NCBI RefSeq assembly: GCF_009914755.1
Contig: NC_060942.1
Length of the DNA stretch: 64,000 nucleotides
DNA from: the human T2T-CHM13v2.0 reference genome, Homo sapiens
Strand: one strand, 5' to 3'
Position numbers and translations under genes: made by a program. The notes below the pieces were generated by a model that saw nothing but the letters and a program-made list of their open reading frames with translations, did no database searches and was not told the origin of the DNA. Shown here piece by piece: positions 14,181 to 27,114 of this stretch (positions are counted from its first letter, which is position 1; each line of letters begins with the position of its first letter).

Positions 14181-14467
14181 TTCGTTGATCAGGCCAGATG
14201 TTCCCACATTTCTAGCAATTCTTTATAGTTAATAGTCCATTGGACAGTATAGAAGGACCACCATCTTCTTCAGGCATGGGAAATGCTCATTTATTCTGCA
14301 TATTTTTATGTTAAAGTAATATCCTAGAAATGTTTAATATTCTCAGGTAGAAATAATAGCATGCTCTCATTTGATACAACTAAACATGTACCAAGCATTG
14401 TGGGCTAAGCATTGTGGGCTCTAAAAGACATAGTTACCTACTTGGCTTATAAAACTATAAAAGAAGA

Positions 14468-14712
14468 GGCCGGGAGAGGTGGCTCACGCCTGTAATCCTA
14501 GCACTTTGGGAGGCCAAGGTGGGTGGATCACGAGGTCAGGAGTTCAAGACCGGCCCGGCCAAGATGGTGAAACCCCGTCTCTACTAAAAATACAAAAAAT
14601 TAGCCGGGCGTGGTGGCAGGCTCCTGTAATCCCAGCTACAGTGGCCGAGATCGTGCCACTGCACTCCAGCCTGGGTGACAGAGTGACACTACGTCTCAAA
14701 AAAAAAAAAAAA
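14468..14712 (+). mobile_element. Alu with ~50-nt internal deletion in the right arm
   Basis: 'cccagctac' joins directly to 'agtggccgagatcgtgcc'; TSD-like tataaaagaaga on both sides. Confidence 0.92.
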
Positions 14713-15199
14713 GTTTAAAAAATTATAAAAGAAGAAAATGTGGAGACTACATGACTGTATTTAATTCTGCTATTTGTTACCTGTTACTCTTCTGCTCAAC
14801 TATTTGTCACTGTCCAATGCAAGGAAGCTCTCTGAGAATTAAGTGCTGAAATATTAAAGTAGGAAGAGATGCCTTATAGAATTAATTGAAGATGAAAGAA
14901 ATACTGTACATGGAAAGGCCCTGCAAACCATAACTCACTCATAAACATGTTACCTTTTAACAAAACAGATAGATTAGCGAATTGACTCTTCCTCCATAGT
15001 CATCAACAAGTGTCTCGTCAATTTGGATATTAAAAAGCAAACCCTATTAAAGATGCTGTGAAATTAACTCAGTTATGTCTGTTATTATGTATCTAAGGCC
15101 TTTAGTAAAGACAGCACAATTAATTTATTCAGAACTTTTAATTTTCTGAGTGATGGAGAAAGGGAAGTAAAGGTGGTAACTTTCATTAAGTCTTAACTA

Positions 15200-16140
15200 G
15201 GTTCAAGGTGACACATCCCCTGAGGATTCCCTGCCCGCAGGAGGCATGTGGGAGGGACAGATGGAGGCACACAGGCACTTGGTGACAGCGTAAGGGGACT
15301 GAGACCTGACGAATAAACAGGAGTTAGACAGGCAGAAGAAATAGCAGGTCCAAGGTCCTTCCAGACTTGGGAGAGCATGGGCTGCCCATCCTTGGAGAAG
15401 CAAGTGATTCATTGTGAGAGAAGTGTGATCTGAAACCTGTCAGGGGACTTTAAAACCCATCCGGCGTCTTAGAGTGTCCAGGAATGGCAAAGGTGAAGTG
15501 GTGTGGGCTGGATCCCGGGGGTCTTATACCACGTTACGGTGAGGATGCCAGGCAGCTGCTGCAAGGTTTCAGGTAGAAGTCTCTCATGATCATATCTGCC
15601 CTGTGGGAAGACTATTCTGGCCGCATTGTGGAATACGTATTGCAAGGAGAAAGGATTGGGCAAAGCTGGGAATCTGTAAGAGTAATCTAAAGGGCAATGG
15701 AGGCAGAGGGAGTGAGTAGGACACCTGAAAGAGCTTTGGGGCCACTCAAGAAGTGGGGTCAGGCCCAGCTGTCAGGTGGAAACAGGGGCCTGGAGTTCAA
15801 AGAGAGTAGTGAGTTGACACAGATTTTGGGACTCGCAGCAGGTGCAGGGCAACTGAACCGGAGTCCTGTGATTGTGAGCTCGTGAGCTCACCCATGAGAG
15901 TCCAGAACAGAAACAGGCTGTGGACAGAGCCTGAGGAACATGCTGAGGAAGCTGGTGGGAAGGGCGGGATGAGTCCAGCAATGAGACAGGAAGGGCCTGA
16001 TGAAACTGTGGGAAGGGGCCGGGAAGGTGAGCTGATGTCCAAAACAAGAGAAAGGAGAGCTTCAATGACAAGGAAAGGATCCCCTGTCCTCAGCATCCTA
16101 GAGAAGTCAAATCAGAGGAGGACTAAAGAGCCTCTGTGCG
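15200..16140 (-). mobile_element. Degenerate L2 fragment(s)
   Basis: L2-like 'gaagactattctggccgcattgtggaata', 'ggcctggagttcaaagagag'; boundaries approximate. Confidence 0.45.
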
Positions 16141-16321
16141 GTGAATATTTTTATTTTTATCATTTTACAAATAGAAAAACTGGGGCTCAGTGAATGAAGT
16201 ATGATACTTCATTCCATACAAATATCAAGCCCAGTGCAAACCTCAGTGCGCCTTGCCCTCTCACAGTTCTGTTATCTAAAGAGATCATGATCTCATCATT
16301 TTCCTGATGGTAAGAATCTCG

Positions 16322-16466
16322 TGGAAGGGAAGAAGAAGAAAGAAGGAGGAAGAGGAGGAGGAGGAGGGATAAGGAAGAAGAGGAAGGAGAAAAGGGGAGA
16401 GAGAAGGGGAAGCAGAAAGGAGGGGAAGGGGAAGGAGAAGTAGGAGGAGAAGGAGGAGGAGGAGGA
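16322..16466. repeat. GA-rich low-complexity tract
   Basis: Near-pure purine run of GGA/GAA units. Confidence 0.85.
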
Positions 16467-17075
16467 CAATGACTATGACAAATACCTGGGCCACAACCAA
16501 CACCTGATGAATTAGAATTTTAGGGAAATAGATGCTGGTCCACGTGCATAACAACTGTCCAGGTGATTCTTACTATCAAGGATTTTGAGAAACAGTTTTA
16601 TGCAATAGTGCTTTCCCAAAAAAGCCCTGTACACAGGTTGTCATCCTATCTGAATATAACCTTGTGGGGCCTGAGGGCCCTGCCTCAAGGGAAGGGGCCT
16701 CTGAGAACCAAAGCCTCCTGGGCCCTGCACTTACCCATCCCTGGCTTCCCTCTCCCAGAGAACCCCAGTTGCAACTATCACCTCCAGGCTGCAACCGCCT
16801 GCAAGAGATACTCCTCCCTGTGCAGCAAGTGCTCACTGTGGACACCTCTAGCACAGCAGTTATTATCACTTTTAGTTTTATTTGGCAGCCATTCCCATCA
16901 GGCTGTGAGCTCAGACAAGAAGTGTGTCTTTCAAGCTACTACACTAGCACCTAGCACCATGTACGCATTCACTTTATTGTGAGTCCTTAATAAAGGCTCA
17001 ATGAATGCTTAGTGAGAGTGAAAATAATAACAATGATGAGACAGACAAGAAGGAGAAACCTCAGGTCTGCAAAAG

Positions 17076-17160
17076 TTTCCTTCCTTCCTTCCTCCCACCT
17101 TCCATTCCCTCCCCTCCCCTCCCCTCCCCTTCCCTCCCCTCCCCTTCCCTTCCTTCTCCA
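17076..17160. repeat. (CCTT)n/(CCCCT)n pyrimidine tract
   Basis: Read directly from the sequence. Confidence 0.85.
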
Positions 17161-20100
17161 ATTGGCCAGGCCCCCCAGGGAGGAGCTGAGGTGCTAACAG
17201 AAAGTGTGGCTCTTGCTCAAGACTCACTGACCTCACAGAGCTGTCCAATAGCCTTCGGAATTAGAAAGTAGCTGTGTATTTCAAAAGGAGGAGAAAATGT
17301 TTATGTAAACTATATATATATTTAAATCTAGATTATTCCAAAGCAGTGTCACTCCTGAATAAGATGCTGATGGAAAATAAAGGTTTCTCTGTTTCTTTTC
17401 CAGCAACTTCTTCTTTTTCAGATGCTTCATGATGCTAACTTTGAAAAGGTTTAATATTTGCAGGAGAGATGAACCCAAAAGTTGTGAAAACAAGCACCCT
17501 TACTGAGGCCTTGGGTAAGGATGTCTGGAACCCAGAGCTGCCACAGCTCCTGAAGAGCTTTCTTTGTGGAGAGGGGCTGCATCCTGCCTGTCCCCCAAGC
17601 CCCCAGTGCCAAGATGATGGGGCAGGTGGGGATGCAGGGAGGAGAACGTCCTCTGCGCGCAGCCCGAGTGAGGAGCTAATGACTCGGAGCCCGATGCGTG
17701 AACCCTGGAGCTTGGGCACTGGTACCCATGGGGCCAGAAGAGATGAAGAGCTCTGGTTACAGGGTGCAGAGTCTCTTTGCTGGGCTCCATGTGTACAAGC
17801 AGAGCAGGGCCTGTGTGAGGGTGGCCCCTGGTCCTGATGGGGAGGCACAGAGCACCCAGAGCTGCTCCAAGGCTGCGGGGAAGGCTGTCTGGAAGGGCAG
17901 CAGGACTCCACAGAGGAGTCCAGGAGGAGAAGGTGCTGGCAACCAGGGGCTGGGTGTCAGTGCCGGCCAAGAGTGGCTGTGGGATGCCCCACCGTGGAGC
18001 CTCCAGGAGGGCAAGGGCAGGTTTACCCGCCAGTTGCCAGCCCAGAGCGTGAGGCCATCATGGGATGGCACAGGCCAAGTCACAACATCCCCATCCCAGG
18101 GGGCCTTGCCCTCAGCCTGTGAGTCTGAGCTCCAGCCCAGGAAAGAATAAAACAAAAGAAGGAATAAAGAGCCTCTGTACAGTGGATTTTTTTAAAAAAG
18201 GACTAAAGAGCCTCTGCGAGGTGGATTTTAAGGAGATGTGGGTGAGAAAGAAAGGATCAGATAAGAAAGGAGGAGCTTCTACCTGGGGAGGGACCCGAGT
18301 CTCGATGATTCTCTGTGGGTGCACAATTTTAACTACTGAAGTGAGATTTTGCTCACTTAAGTCACTGTAGGATTTTGTATTTCTTAGGAATGATCAGAAA
18401 GTGCGCTGTGTTCAGGGACACGGAGGAAAGTTTCCCTGTAGGATGCATTCTAAAGGGACCATGAGGGTCTGAAGAGAAGTCTTTTGATTGGATGTCATCA
18501 CCAAATTGATTGCTTAGTGTGCCAATTACATTAGAAAGAGCCAGCAATGCACACACTGTCAAGAACCCAGAGACCAAAGCTTCAGGGCCGGAAACCCCCC
18601 ATGCAGGTGGGGTGACATCACGCACAACACGAGTGGCTGAAACAATTTTACAGCAATGGGATTTGGCAGATGCTAGCAGCAGAAAGAGCAGGATTTCTAT
18701 GCTTCAGGAGTCTCTCACTTGTTTTAAAGTTAAAGGTGAGAGAGATGAAATTAGGAATGAAAATTCTGAAAGTCTGCACAATGTGTGAATCACAGAGAAG
18801 GGAGTGGTGATACTCTATGGAAGGCTGTTTTCCCAAGAGTGTAACAAGGTAACTAGATATTCTGTTTACTTGATGGTCTGTTAACAAGTTTATGTCTGGG
18901 GACTCATTAAGGATAATGAAAAAGTTATGTCTGCCTTTTGTTTAGGATCTATAAGAAATTGCATCCTTTAACCCTTTTCTGATGGATGGATTGTACAACA
19001 GGATGGATTTATGACAGCAGATTCTCTGCGTCCGACTCCCATGAATTTCCGCTCCCCCAATGCCCACTCCCATCACCACACTGTCTGAACACACCTTCAC
19101 ACCCTGCCACGCAGCTTCTCATGAATCAGAAGTCACCTGTACCTCAGACTGGATTTGTTCAGAAATGGTCTCTGTGCATTTTTTGTCAAATGCCTTCTCT
19201 TGTTCTTTTCCATTTCTCTTTAATACCCTAACCCTGAAATTTTTATCTGAACTGTTCAATTCACCTCTACAGTTAAAATGCTTAAATGTTGGCTCTCAAT
19301 GAATATAAATACTAGGCTAGATTTGGGCTCCATTTAACGTATACGCCCAGTGACTTAACATTGGAGCCGCTGCCATTTCCCCACGAATCTCGCAGATAGA
19401 ATGGCTTCTGTTTTCATTCCCACTTGGCAATGATTCCCTGCCCATTTCATATGGTTTGTATGAAATGGGGGAGAAGTTCTAGTTTAGACTATGGAGCTCA
19501 AATTAAGGTTCATCTCTTAGCTACCTATTTGTGAAAAGTTTTAGGTTTGTAGTGTTGTAGTTGTGATATTTTACTGTTATATATGTAACTTTTTAAAGAT
19601 TATAGGCAGTACTTCCTTGATTAATTTTTAGAGGGCAAAGAATTCTTGAATTGTAACCAACTCAGAAATAATCCAGGCATATAGAAGTATGCAAACACTA
19701 TTTGTTGAATAAAAGGAAAGAAAGCTAATTTCTCTGCAGTGAACATTAAATAATCTGTTGGCTGGATGACGACTCTCTTCTTTACAATCAAGGAAACAGA
19801 AGTGCAGTACAGGTGCATGGCTGAAGACTTTGTATTGTATCTCAAGAAATCCAATAGTAAACAAGGTGAACTCTACTAAAGATTTTATTAGATTTTGGAA
19901 CCTGAGCTTTCTCCTTGGTAATGTAAACTGGAATGCTACTGTTTTCCTTGGAGAATTCAGGGAGATAGATTCCCATAGGCAGGGGCAGAAGGGCAGCCTG
20001 CTCTCACACTCTTCCCTAAGGATTCGATGAAAATAAGTAGCCTTTGTAATATGACCAAGCCAACGAGAAACTCAGCCACGAGCCTCTTTCCTTTTTCTCA

Positions 20101-20266
20101 GTGCTGCTGACCCTCGGATTTCTGTAAGTGTAAGTACTTAGTCTTGGAGTCTTGATACTCCGATGTAATGCGGATCACATTAAAAAAATCATGGACAGCT
20201 GGAAAAGGAAAATGATGACCTACTGTGGTTCTGTTCAGCCTGATGATAGGACAAATGTTCACTTGC

Positions 20267-20427
20267 CTCTTTCACAGAAACCCAGATAATGTAAGAGGAA
20301 ACGATTTTGATGATGTGCAACTCCAAAATCCACCACATGAACACCTGCAGCTTGTGAAAATACTCCAGGAATTTTAAGAAGAGCACAGTGAGGCGGTCAA
20401 TCACCAGGTGCCATTTGTTCCTTAAGT
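20267..20427 (-). CDS. PIEZO2: PIEZO2 coding exon (~ex21), (D)LRNKWHLVIDRL...IWVSVKE, with GC donor
   Basis: ttgcag|ACTTA acceptor, GAG|gcaagt non-canonical donor; 161 nt, phase 1-0, in frame with the next exon. Confidence 0.94.
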
Positions 20428-20662
20428 CTGCAAAATAGGAAGTACAGACAAGAGCATAACATTTTTAAAAATATTATCATTTAAAGCATATCTTGTAACT
20501 TTCAGGTTGGAATGAGAGGCTGCAAAATAATTACAGTGGATGAATTCTAAGAAAACCAAAATCTGGAATAAGGATGATGTAAGAATCCCAAGTCATGATG
20601 ACACAGATATCATACTCTCAGACTTGGAGGGACAATGTGGCTTTTGTCCACCTTTTGATTAA

Positions 20663-21146
<484 letters not shown>

Positions 21147-21749
21147 CCCCTTAATCTTATTTACTCTTAAGACCAAACTATAATTTTCTAATATTCTAGG
21201 AATGTTAAATAATCTTAACTCCTTCTAAAAGACATCTTTCTTGCCACAACGGCACTTTTATAAATGGCCTGTCTCCTTCGACAAGGCTTAACTGGTGAGT
21301 GGTAAAGCTCTCTGGTTTCCATGAAAAAGTGAACCAGTCAGAGCCCTGCATGGGCAGGAAGAGCTTGCTCCTTGTCAGAACAAGAAGTGAACTCTAAGCA
21401 TCAGAATGACTCAGCCCGTGGTTTTCTGAAACATGGTCAGATTCATTCAAATGATAATTTTTAATCAAATTACTTATTTTATTATTTCTACCTTGTGCTA
21501 AAACAGGAGTCATGCTTCTATCTAGAAGGACTATGCTGGCTCACTTTATTGACTGAAAGTCACAGCAGGACTGTTTTGTAATATCAGCCTGTCTTGTTTG
21601 TAAACAAAAGCTTACAAGTCTGTCTTGGCAGATTACAAGTCCTAAGTATCTCTTTAAGTAGCTTCTTTAACTGGCTTGGGTATATGCAACAGTTACTGTG
21701 CCTGGTTCTGAAAGCTAAGTAAGGTTCTAGTTATTGTGAAGTATGCTTA

Positions 21750-22361
21750 CAGTAGTTCTCTTTTATCCATGGCTATGCTTCCCAAGATTTCAGTTACCTG
21801 CAGTCAACCACAGTCCAAAAATATTAAATGGAAAATTCCAGAAATGATTCAGAAGTCTTAAGTTACACACTGTTCTGAGTAGAAGGATGAAATCTCATGC
21901 TGTCCCGCTCTGTCCTTCCCCTTGGAATGTGAATCCCTTTGTCCAGCAGGGCCATGCTGTCTACACTCCCTGCCCAGTGGTCAGTCAATTAATAGCTGTC
22001 TCAGTTCTCAGAGTGACCGCTGCAGTATTGCAGTGCTGTGTTCAAGTCACTCTTATTTTACTTTCTAATGGCTCCAAGTGAAAGAGTAGTGATGCTGGCA
22101 ATTTGAATATGCCAGAGAGAAGCCATAAAATGCTTCCTTTAAGTGAATGGTTAACAATTCTCAATTTTATTAATAACGAAAGAAAAAAATGTATGCTGAG
22201 GTTGCTAAGATCTAAGGTAAGAACAACTCTTCTATCTGTGTAATTGTGAAGAAGGAAAAAGAAATTCATGCATAGTGTATACAGGGTTCTGTGTTATCTG
22301 AGGTTTTAGCATCTACTGGGAGTCTTAGAACATGTCCCCCAAGGCTAAGGCAGGACTACTG
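21750..22361. mobile_element. Tigger4/Zombi-like non-autonomous DNA transposon (Tc1/mariner-pogo)
   Basis: TA|CAGTAGTTCTCTTTTATCC...GGCTAAGGCAGGACTACTG|TA: degenerate TIRs with TA target duplications; 'aaatattaaatggaaaattccagaaat' signature. Confidence 0.8.
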
Positions 22362-23526
22362 TATTTAGAGAGTGACTCAGATGGTAGTCAATAAAAAGGT
22401 GTAGGTAATAAATGAGCATGATTTAGATGTGTAGCTGCCACAGACATGAGGGATTGAGAGAAAAGTGGCTGAGCAATTTTGGGCAGGACCTACTAGCAAA
22501 GCTCAAAATCCATCTTGAAGTAGTGTCATAAAATCCTAGACTTAAGTCCTTGGCCTCACAGAGCTGGGGTCTCCCCTTCACACTGAGGAATTCACAATGC
22601 TCAGATATGGAGAGAACGTTTCCAGTCCTCTCCTCTGTGTTCTGAGATGAGTGGGGAAAGAACACCAGGTTTAAGGGGCACAAACCTTTGGAAGGGGTCT
22701 TCTTGCTACTTTTTTTGTTTTCTACTTTTGTTAAGGACAGTTGACCAGCAAAGACAAGTGCAGCATCTTAAGATCATAGCCCCAGAACCTCACCCCAGAG
22801 ATGATGCTCTCTGGTTTGTCCCAGTCTTTCTGGAAACTGCTACATAGACTTTATATTCTCTGTCAGATAACATGTCCTGATCACTGAGGCTGCTCAATGT
22901 TCATCATGCTCTATTAAAACATTATTTCAAGTCTAGGAAGGGAAGTAGAAAAGAAGAGCCCAAATAATAAAGATTGAAACTCCTGTAACAACAATATTGA
23001 CAAAAACATCTCTAGGAGTTTGCTTGAAATTATAATTATCCAATTGCTGACTTTCTCCTCCAGTTCCCAAGTCCTTAGGCATCAGATCAGAGCTAGAAAT
23101 ATATTCTTAATTATTGGCTTCCTGGAAAAGTCTCAGAATGGTTTCTTGAGAATGCATTTGTAAGGGCGATGTCTAGAGCCTTTGAGATTCTGCACAGCCA
23201 GGTTGTACCTGCATCTGGTAGAAACAGAGAGGCTCTGACTGAGGACGTGGTCAACACCATGCCCCACCAGTGTCTGGACAGGAGCACTACTTGTGGGTCA
23301 GTCACTGATAACCAGTCGTCTGGTCTCTACTCAGTCAGAATTAAAAAGAAATTGTTGGAGCAATTGGAACAGTAATATTATAACTATAGCAATCAAACAA
23401 AAACCACTCCAATTTTTATGTCATGGACTGGGTCAAATATATATTCTTTTGGAGCAAGTCAATGTTTCCTTCACTCAGTCTGACAGCCAGCGTTCTCTGA
23501 CCAGCTGCTGGTAGTGGGCTGATTAC

Positions 23527-23744
23527 CTGATGTTTCTTCCTCCTCCTCGGATTCCTCCTCTTCCTCTCCGTCCTCCTCTGACTCCTCGCTGTCTTTCCCA
23601 AGATCACCCTTCTGGGCTTTTTCAGAGTAGCCCTCAAGCTTCTCCTCCCCAGGCTCAGCCAACTTCCTCACCTCCGGCTTCTCCAGGCTGGCAGTCAGAT
23701 GCATCATGGTGAGGTCCGGGAGGCTTCCTTCCGGGTGGGCCAGT
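23527..23744 (-). CDS. PIEZO2: PIEZO2 coding exon (~ex20), LAHPEGSLPDL...EEEEETS (acidic loop)
   Basis: caacag|ACTG acceptor, CAG|gtaatc donor; 218 nt, phase 2-1. Confidence 0.96.
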
Positions 23745-24120
23745 CTGTTGGCAGAGAGCAGCTGAGTCAGAAGAGGAAAGGGTGTTGGGAGAGATTTGAC
23801 TGAGGGGCAAGTAAAAGGAGGATAAACACAAATGAAATCAGTGCATGTACAAAGACCTCACAAGGTGGGGTGTTAGCGTTTTGTCACTTTCTTTTTGGTT
23901 GGTTTGTTTGTTTTAAGTTCTTTCTAAAAACAAACTGTAAACTTGGTTAGGTTTTGTTAGCTTTTTTAATTCGGGTTCTAGTGATTAGTTGGTAATGAGA
24001 GCTATCAACACCTAAACTTGACATTTTTCCCAGAGGAGAAAATGGTCAGAGTTTAGGGTGTAGAAGCATGAAATGGCATCATGTAGAGCAAGCATTTCAT
24101 GGCTTCACAGGGGGACTTAC

Positions 24121-24153
24121 TCATTTTGGTGGATTGGTAATTTTTTCTTGATG
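24121..24153 (-). CDS. PIEZO2: PIEZO2 alternative microexon (~E19), (S)IKKKLPIHQN(E)
   Basis: Long pyrimidine tract, gagcag|CATC acceptor, TGA|gtaagt donor; 33 nt, phase 2-2; peptide matches the long-isoform insert as I recall it. Confidence 0.88.
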   Translation of the reverse strand, partial: HQEKITNPPK

Positions 24154-27014
24154 CTGCTCATAGTAATTGAAATAGAAAGGAAAAAAAGGAGATGAGAACA
24201 GAAGAATTATAAGGAATGTCAGAGATCACATATCATGCTACATATCATCCACTATTGCATTCCTGTATGCCTGTTGCAGTAACGCCCTAATGCCAAATGC
24301 ATTCCAGGGTGGCATCAATAGCGTGCTTTGCTCTGAACCCTAGGCATGGCAACTGATCTGAGAGTGGACAGGATTGCAGGTTTGTAAAGGAGAGAGCATA
24401 CTGAGACTGCTGAGGCAAATTATATCATGCTTTTTTAGTAACGCAACAAACCATCTTGCAAGAATCAAGTCATTCACATTTTTGGTAAGTTTTTAAAAAT
24501 GTCTTGAAAGAATGTGTGCTTTCAGTCAACCTTTGTGTAGACGAATCCCACTCTGCCATCTAAAGCATGTGCCACGGAAAGCTAAGTGTTTTCAGGAGTG
24601 AGACGTCTGCATCATGTCCCCACCTGAGAGTTACTGATGCGAACTGTCGATTGGCAACCGTGGGAAGACTGTGTGGGATCCTGAACCAGAGAAAGAATAC
24701 AGGGAGAGAGAGCTTCCGGTGAGCCCACTCAGCAGCCTGGGATGTTACAGTTTATTTCTTAGTGGACCATAACAAGTCCCATCCTTCTCCTACAGTTTTT
24801 TTTAAAAGCATATCTTTTTATTCATACTCAAATTAATGTTTTAAAGAACTTCTGGGCAATAAAGTCTACATTAAGAAAAAGCCTAGTAGACATACTGATA
24901 GTCTTCTCTATTTATCATAGTTAATCCAGAAATTTTTAGCAGGGTTCAAACAAGATGGACAATAAATAATATTATTCTGTCTGGATAATTGTAGGTTCTG
25001 AGTAAACTATTTAACTTTGTGAAAGTTAATTAATTTTCTACCAAATGAGGAAGTTTGATTAGATAAAATGCAGGTTTACTTTCAACTTGTTGATTTGATA
25101 TTTGTAAACATGCCTATCATTTTGGGTAACTGTCGTAAGGAATCCACATTGTCCCTACGCTTTTAGATTATCATTCAAACAATTCCCTTGCACAGGATGT
25201 CCAGCAGGTAAATGATAGTATGCCAGAAACAGATTGTTAATTTAATGAAGAGAGAGAATCTGAAGCGAGTTTTACATTGGTGGAAGGAGTTAGGCTGACA
25301 TACTACTTCCTTATTTTCCTAAGCTAGTCAATTCATCCTCTCGACTTTGGAGAAGTTAGCTACTCTTAAAATTGCAACCCATATCTTCTATACCAGTGCC
25401 ACACACCAAATCTCAGGGAACACATTTGCTGTTCCTGCTTTGTCAGGACTCTCCATGTGAAATGTTATTAAATGTGGAAGTGATCGGCTGCTGCACAGTC
25501 GTCAGTATGTATTTGTTCTCTTCAGGGATGCATTTTATAAATGAAAAGATACCTTTATTAAGACAAGGAATTCGGTGGTTGCAGTGTGAGGTGGGACCAC
25601 CTCAGAGTGAATCTTAAAGGTCTACATTGACACTGCTGCAATCTCATACGACAAGAAAACTACTTTCTAACAATTACTGCTATTAACAGAGTGAAACTCA
25701 AAGAGGGGAGGCTGTTTCCACAGCTGCTACTACAGCTACACAGCAGATGTCCTTAAGCAACGATGCCCCCAAACTGCCATGCCACAGGCAGGGTGCATTG
25801 AGGAGAGATCGTTCAATGAAAGAATCAGAGGAAGACACTGGAGTAAGCCTTTTGGAAGTAGGTCCACAAGGCTGATTTCTAGAAACTTGTAATGGGACAA
25901 GATGCAGCTGCGGACAAATGAGAAGGGCATCTCTGCATCCAACACTGCTCATTCCCTCTGACCTTAGAGCCACAAACTCCAGACCCTCTCTGGAGCAGTC
26001 TAACCTCATGAGCTTGTAATGGATGACAAAAAAAGAAAAAAAAAAGAAATTATGTATCAGGCTGTCATTTACTAGTCTAGGGGTTTATTAACTATCTTGA
26101 GAAATTTCAGAGAATTGTACCTTGTATTGTAAAAAACTGTGTGCATAAAACATAGACAAAAATATTTTAAATGCATGAATAAAGTATACTGTTTCAAAAA
26201 GACACTTGTGTGAATCCTTTTACTTTTCTCTCTCTCTTTTTCTCATTTTTATGGTAACATTGTTTTTAGAGGCCATAGAGAAGAACGTTAAAAGACTTGG
26301 GTTCAAGTCTTCACCAGAAAACTTGCTAGCTAGGTGAGATGGGAAAGCTATGTAACCTATCTTTTAAGTCTCGGTTAGCTGAAACAGTAGTGCCTATTTA
26401 TAGGAGGTTGTAAAAATTAAGGTGGTTTCTGTTAAGCAGTTAACACAGTGGTTAATTACACAGGAAACATTTTAAAATAAGGAGCCATCTTCTAATGGTA
26501 GATTTTCATATATTATGGTTTGATAATCTGCATCATAAATTCATTGTAAAGAAAAAGCAGAATTAGAAACATGCTTTTGTAAGAGCCTGCACAATGATGG
26601 ATGATACGGAAGGTATTAAACTTAGACTATGATTCTGTCATCAGCGCCTTCTTTAACAGAACTTGGCTATTTTATAGAAGGCCATTCAGAAGAAAAAAAA
26701 AGAGCAAACATTTCTTCATCGGGAATCTGTTTCCCAATGGTCTCAGGGTTCTGTTTACTGGGCTTTCTGTGTGTAATCTCAACTACTGCATTCCCTGAGG
26801 AGTGGGAGCGGCAGAGGTGGTTCTGCACAAATGCAAGCTTCCGAGGCAGACCCAGCTGCGGTTGCTAGAAGAAACAGCTGTATGGACTCTCCGGGAAAGC
26901 CTGTGTATTTTAATTCAGCTTTTTTTTTCCTTCCTAGCAAATAAAAAGAAAATGGATCTTGATTTTCCAAAAACAAAATTTAAAAACCCACTCTAGTAAA
27001 AATACTCCCGGAAA

Positions 27015-27114
27015 CTTCAGGCTAAAGAACTTATAAGACTTGTAATTCTTTACTGAACATCAGGCTTCAGGCTAAGGAACTTATAAGACTTATAATTCTT
27101 TACTGAATATCAGG
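27015..27114. repeat. 50-bp tandem duplication (2 copies, 3 mismatches)
   Basis: cttcaggctaa(a/g)gaacttataagactt(g/a)taattctttactgaa(c/t)atcagg twice. Confidence 0.95.

Noticed and set aside
14393-14420. 14-bp tandem duplication aagcattgtgggct x2
   Set aside because: Ordinary slippage duplication with no functional context.
17435-18155. Overlapping 120-160 aa ORFs on both strands
   Set aside because: Explained by local GC richness; no recognisable protein and no convincing splice-site pair.
19621-19864. Possible extra or mutually exclusive PIEZO2 exon in the GC-AG intron
   Set aside because: No similarity to neighbouring exons and no convincing acceptor/donor pair found by eye.
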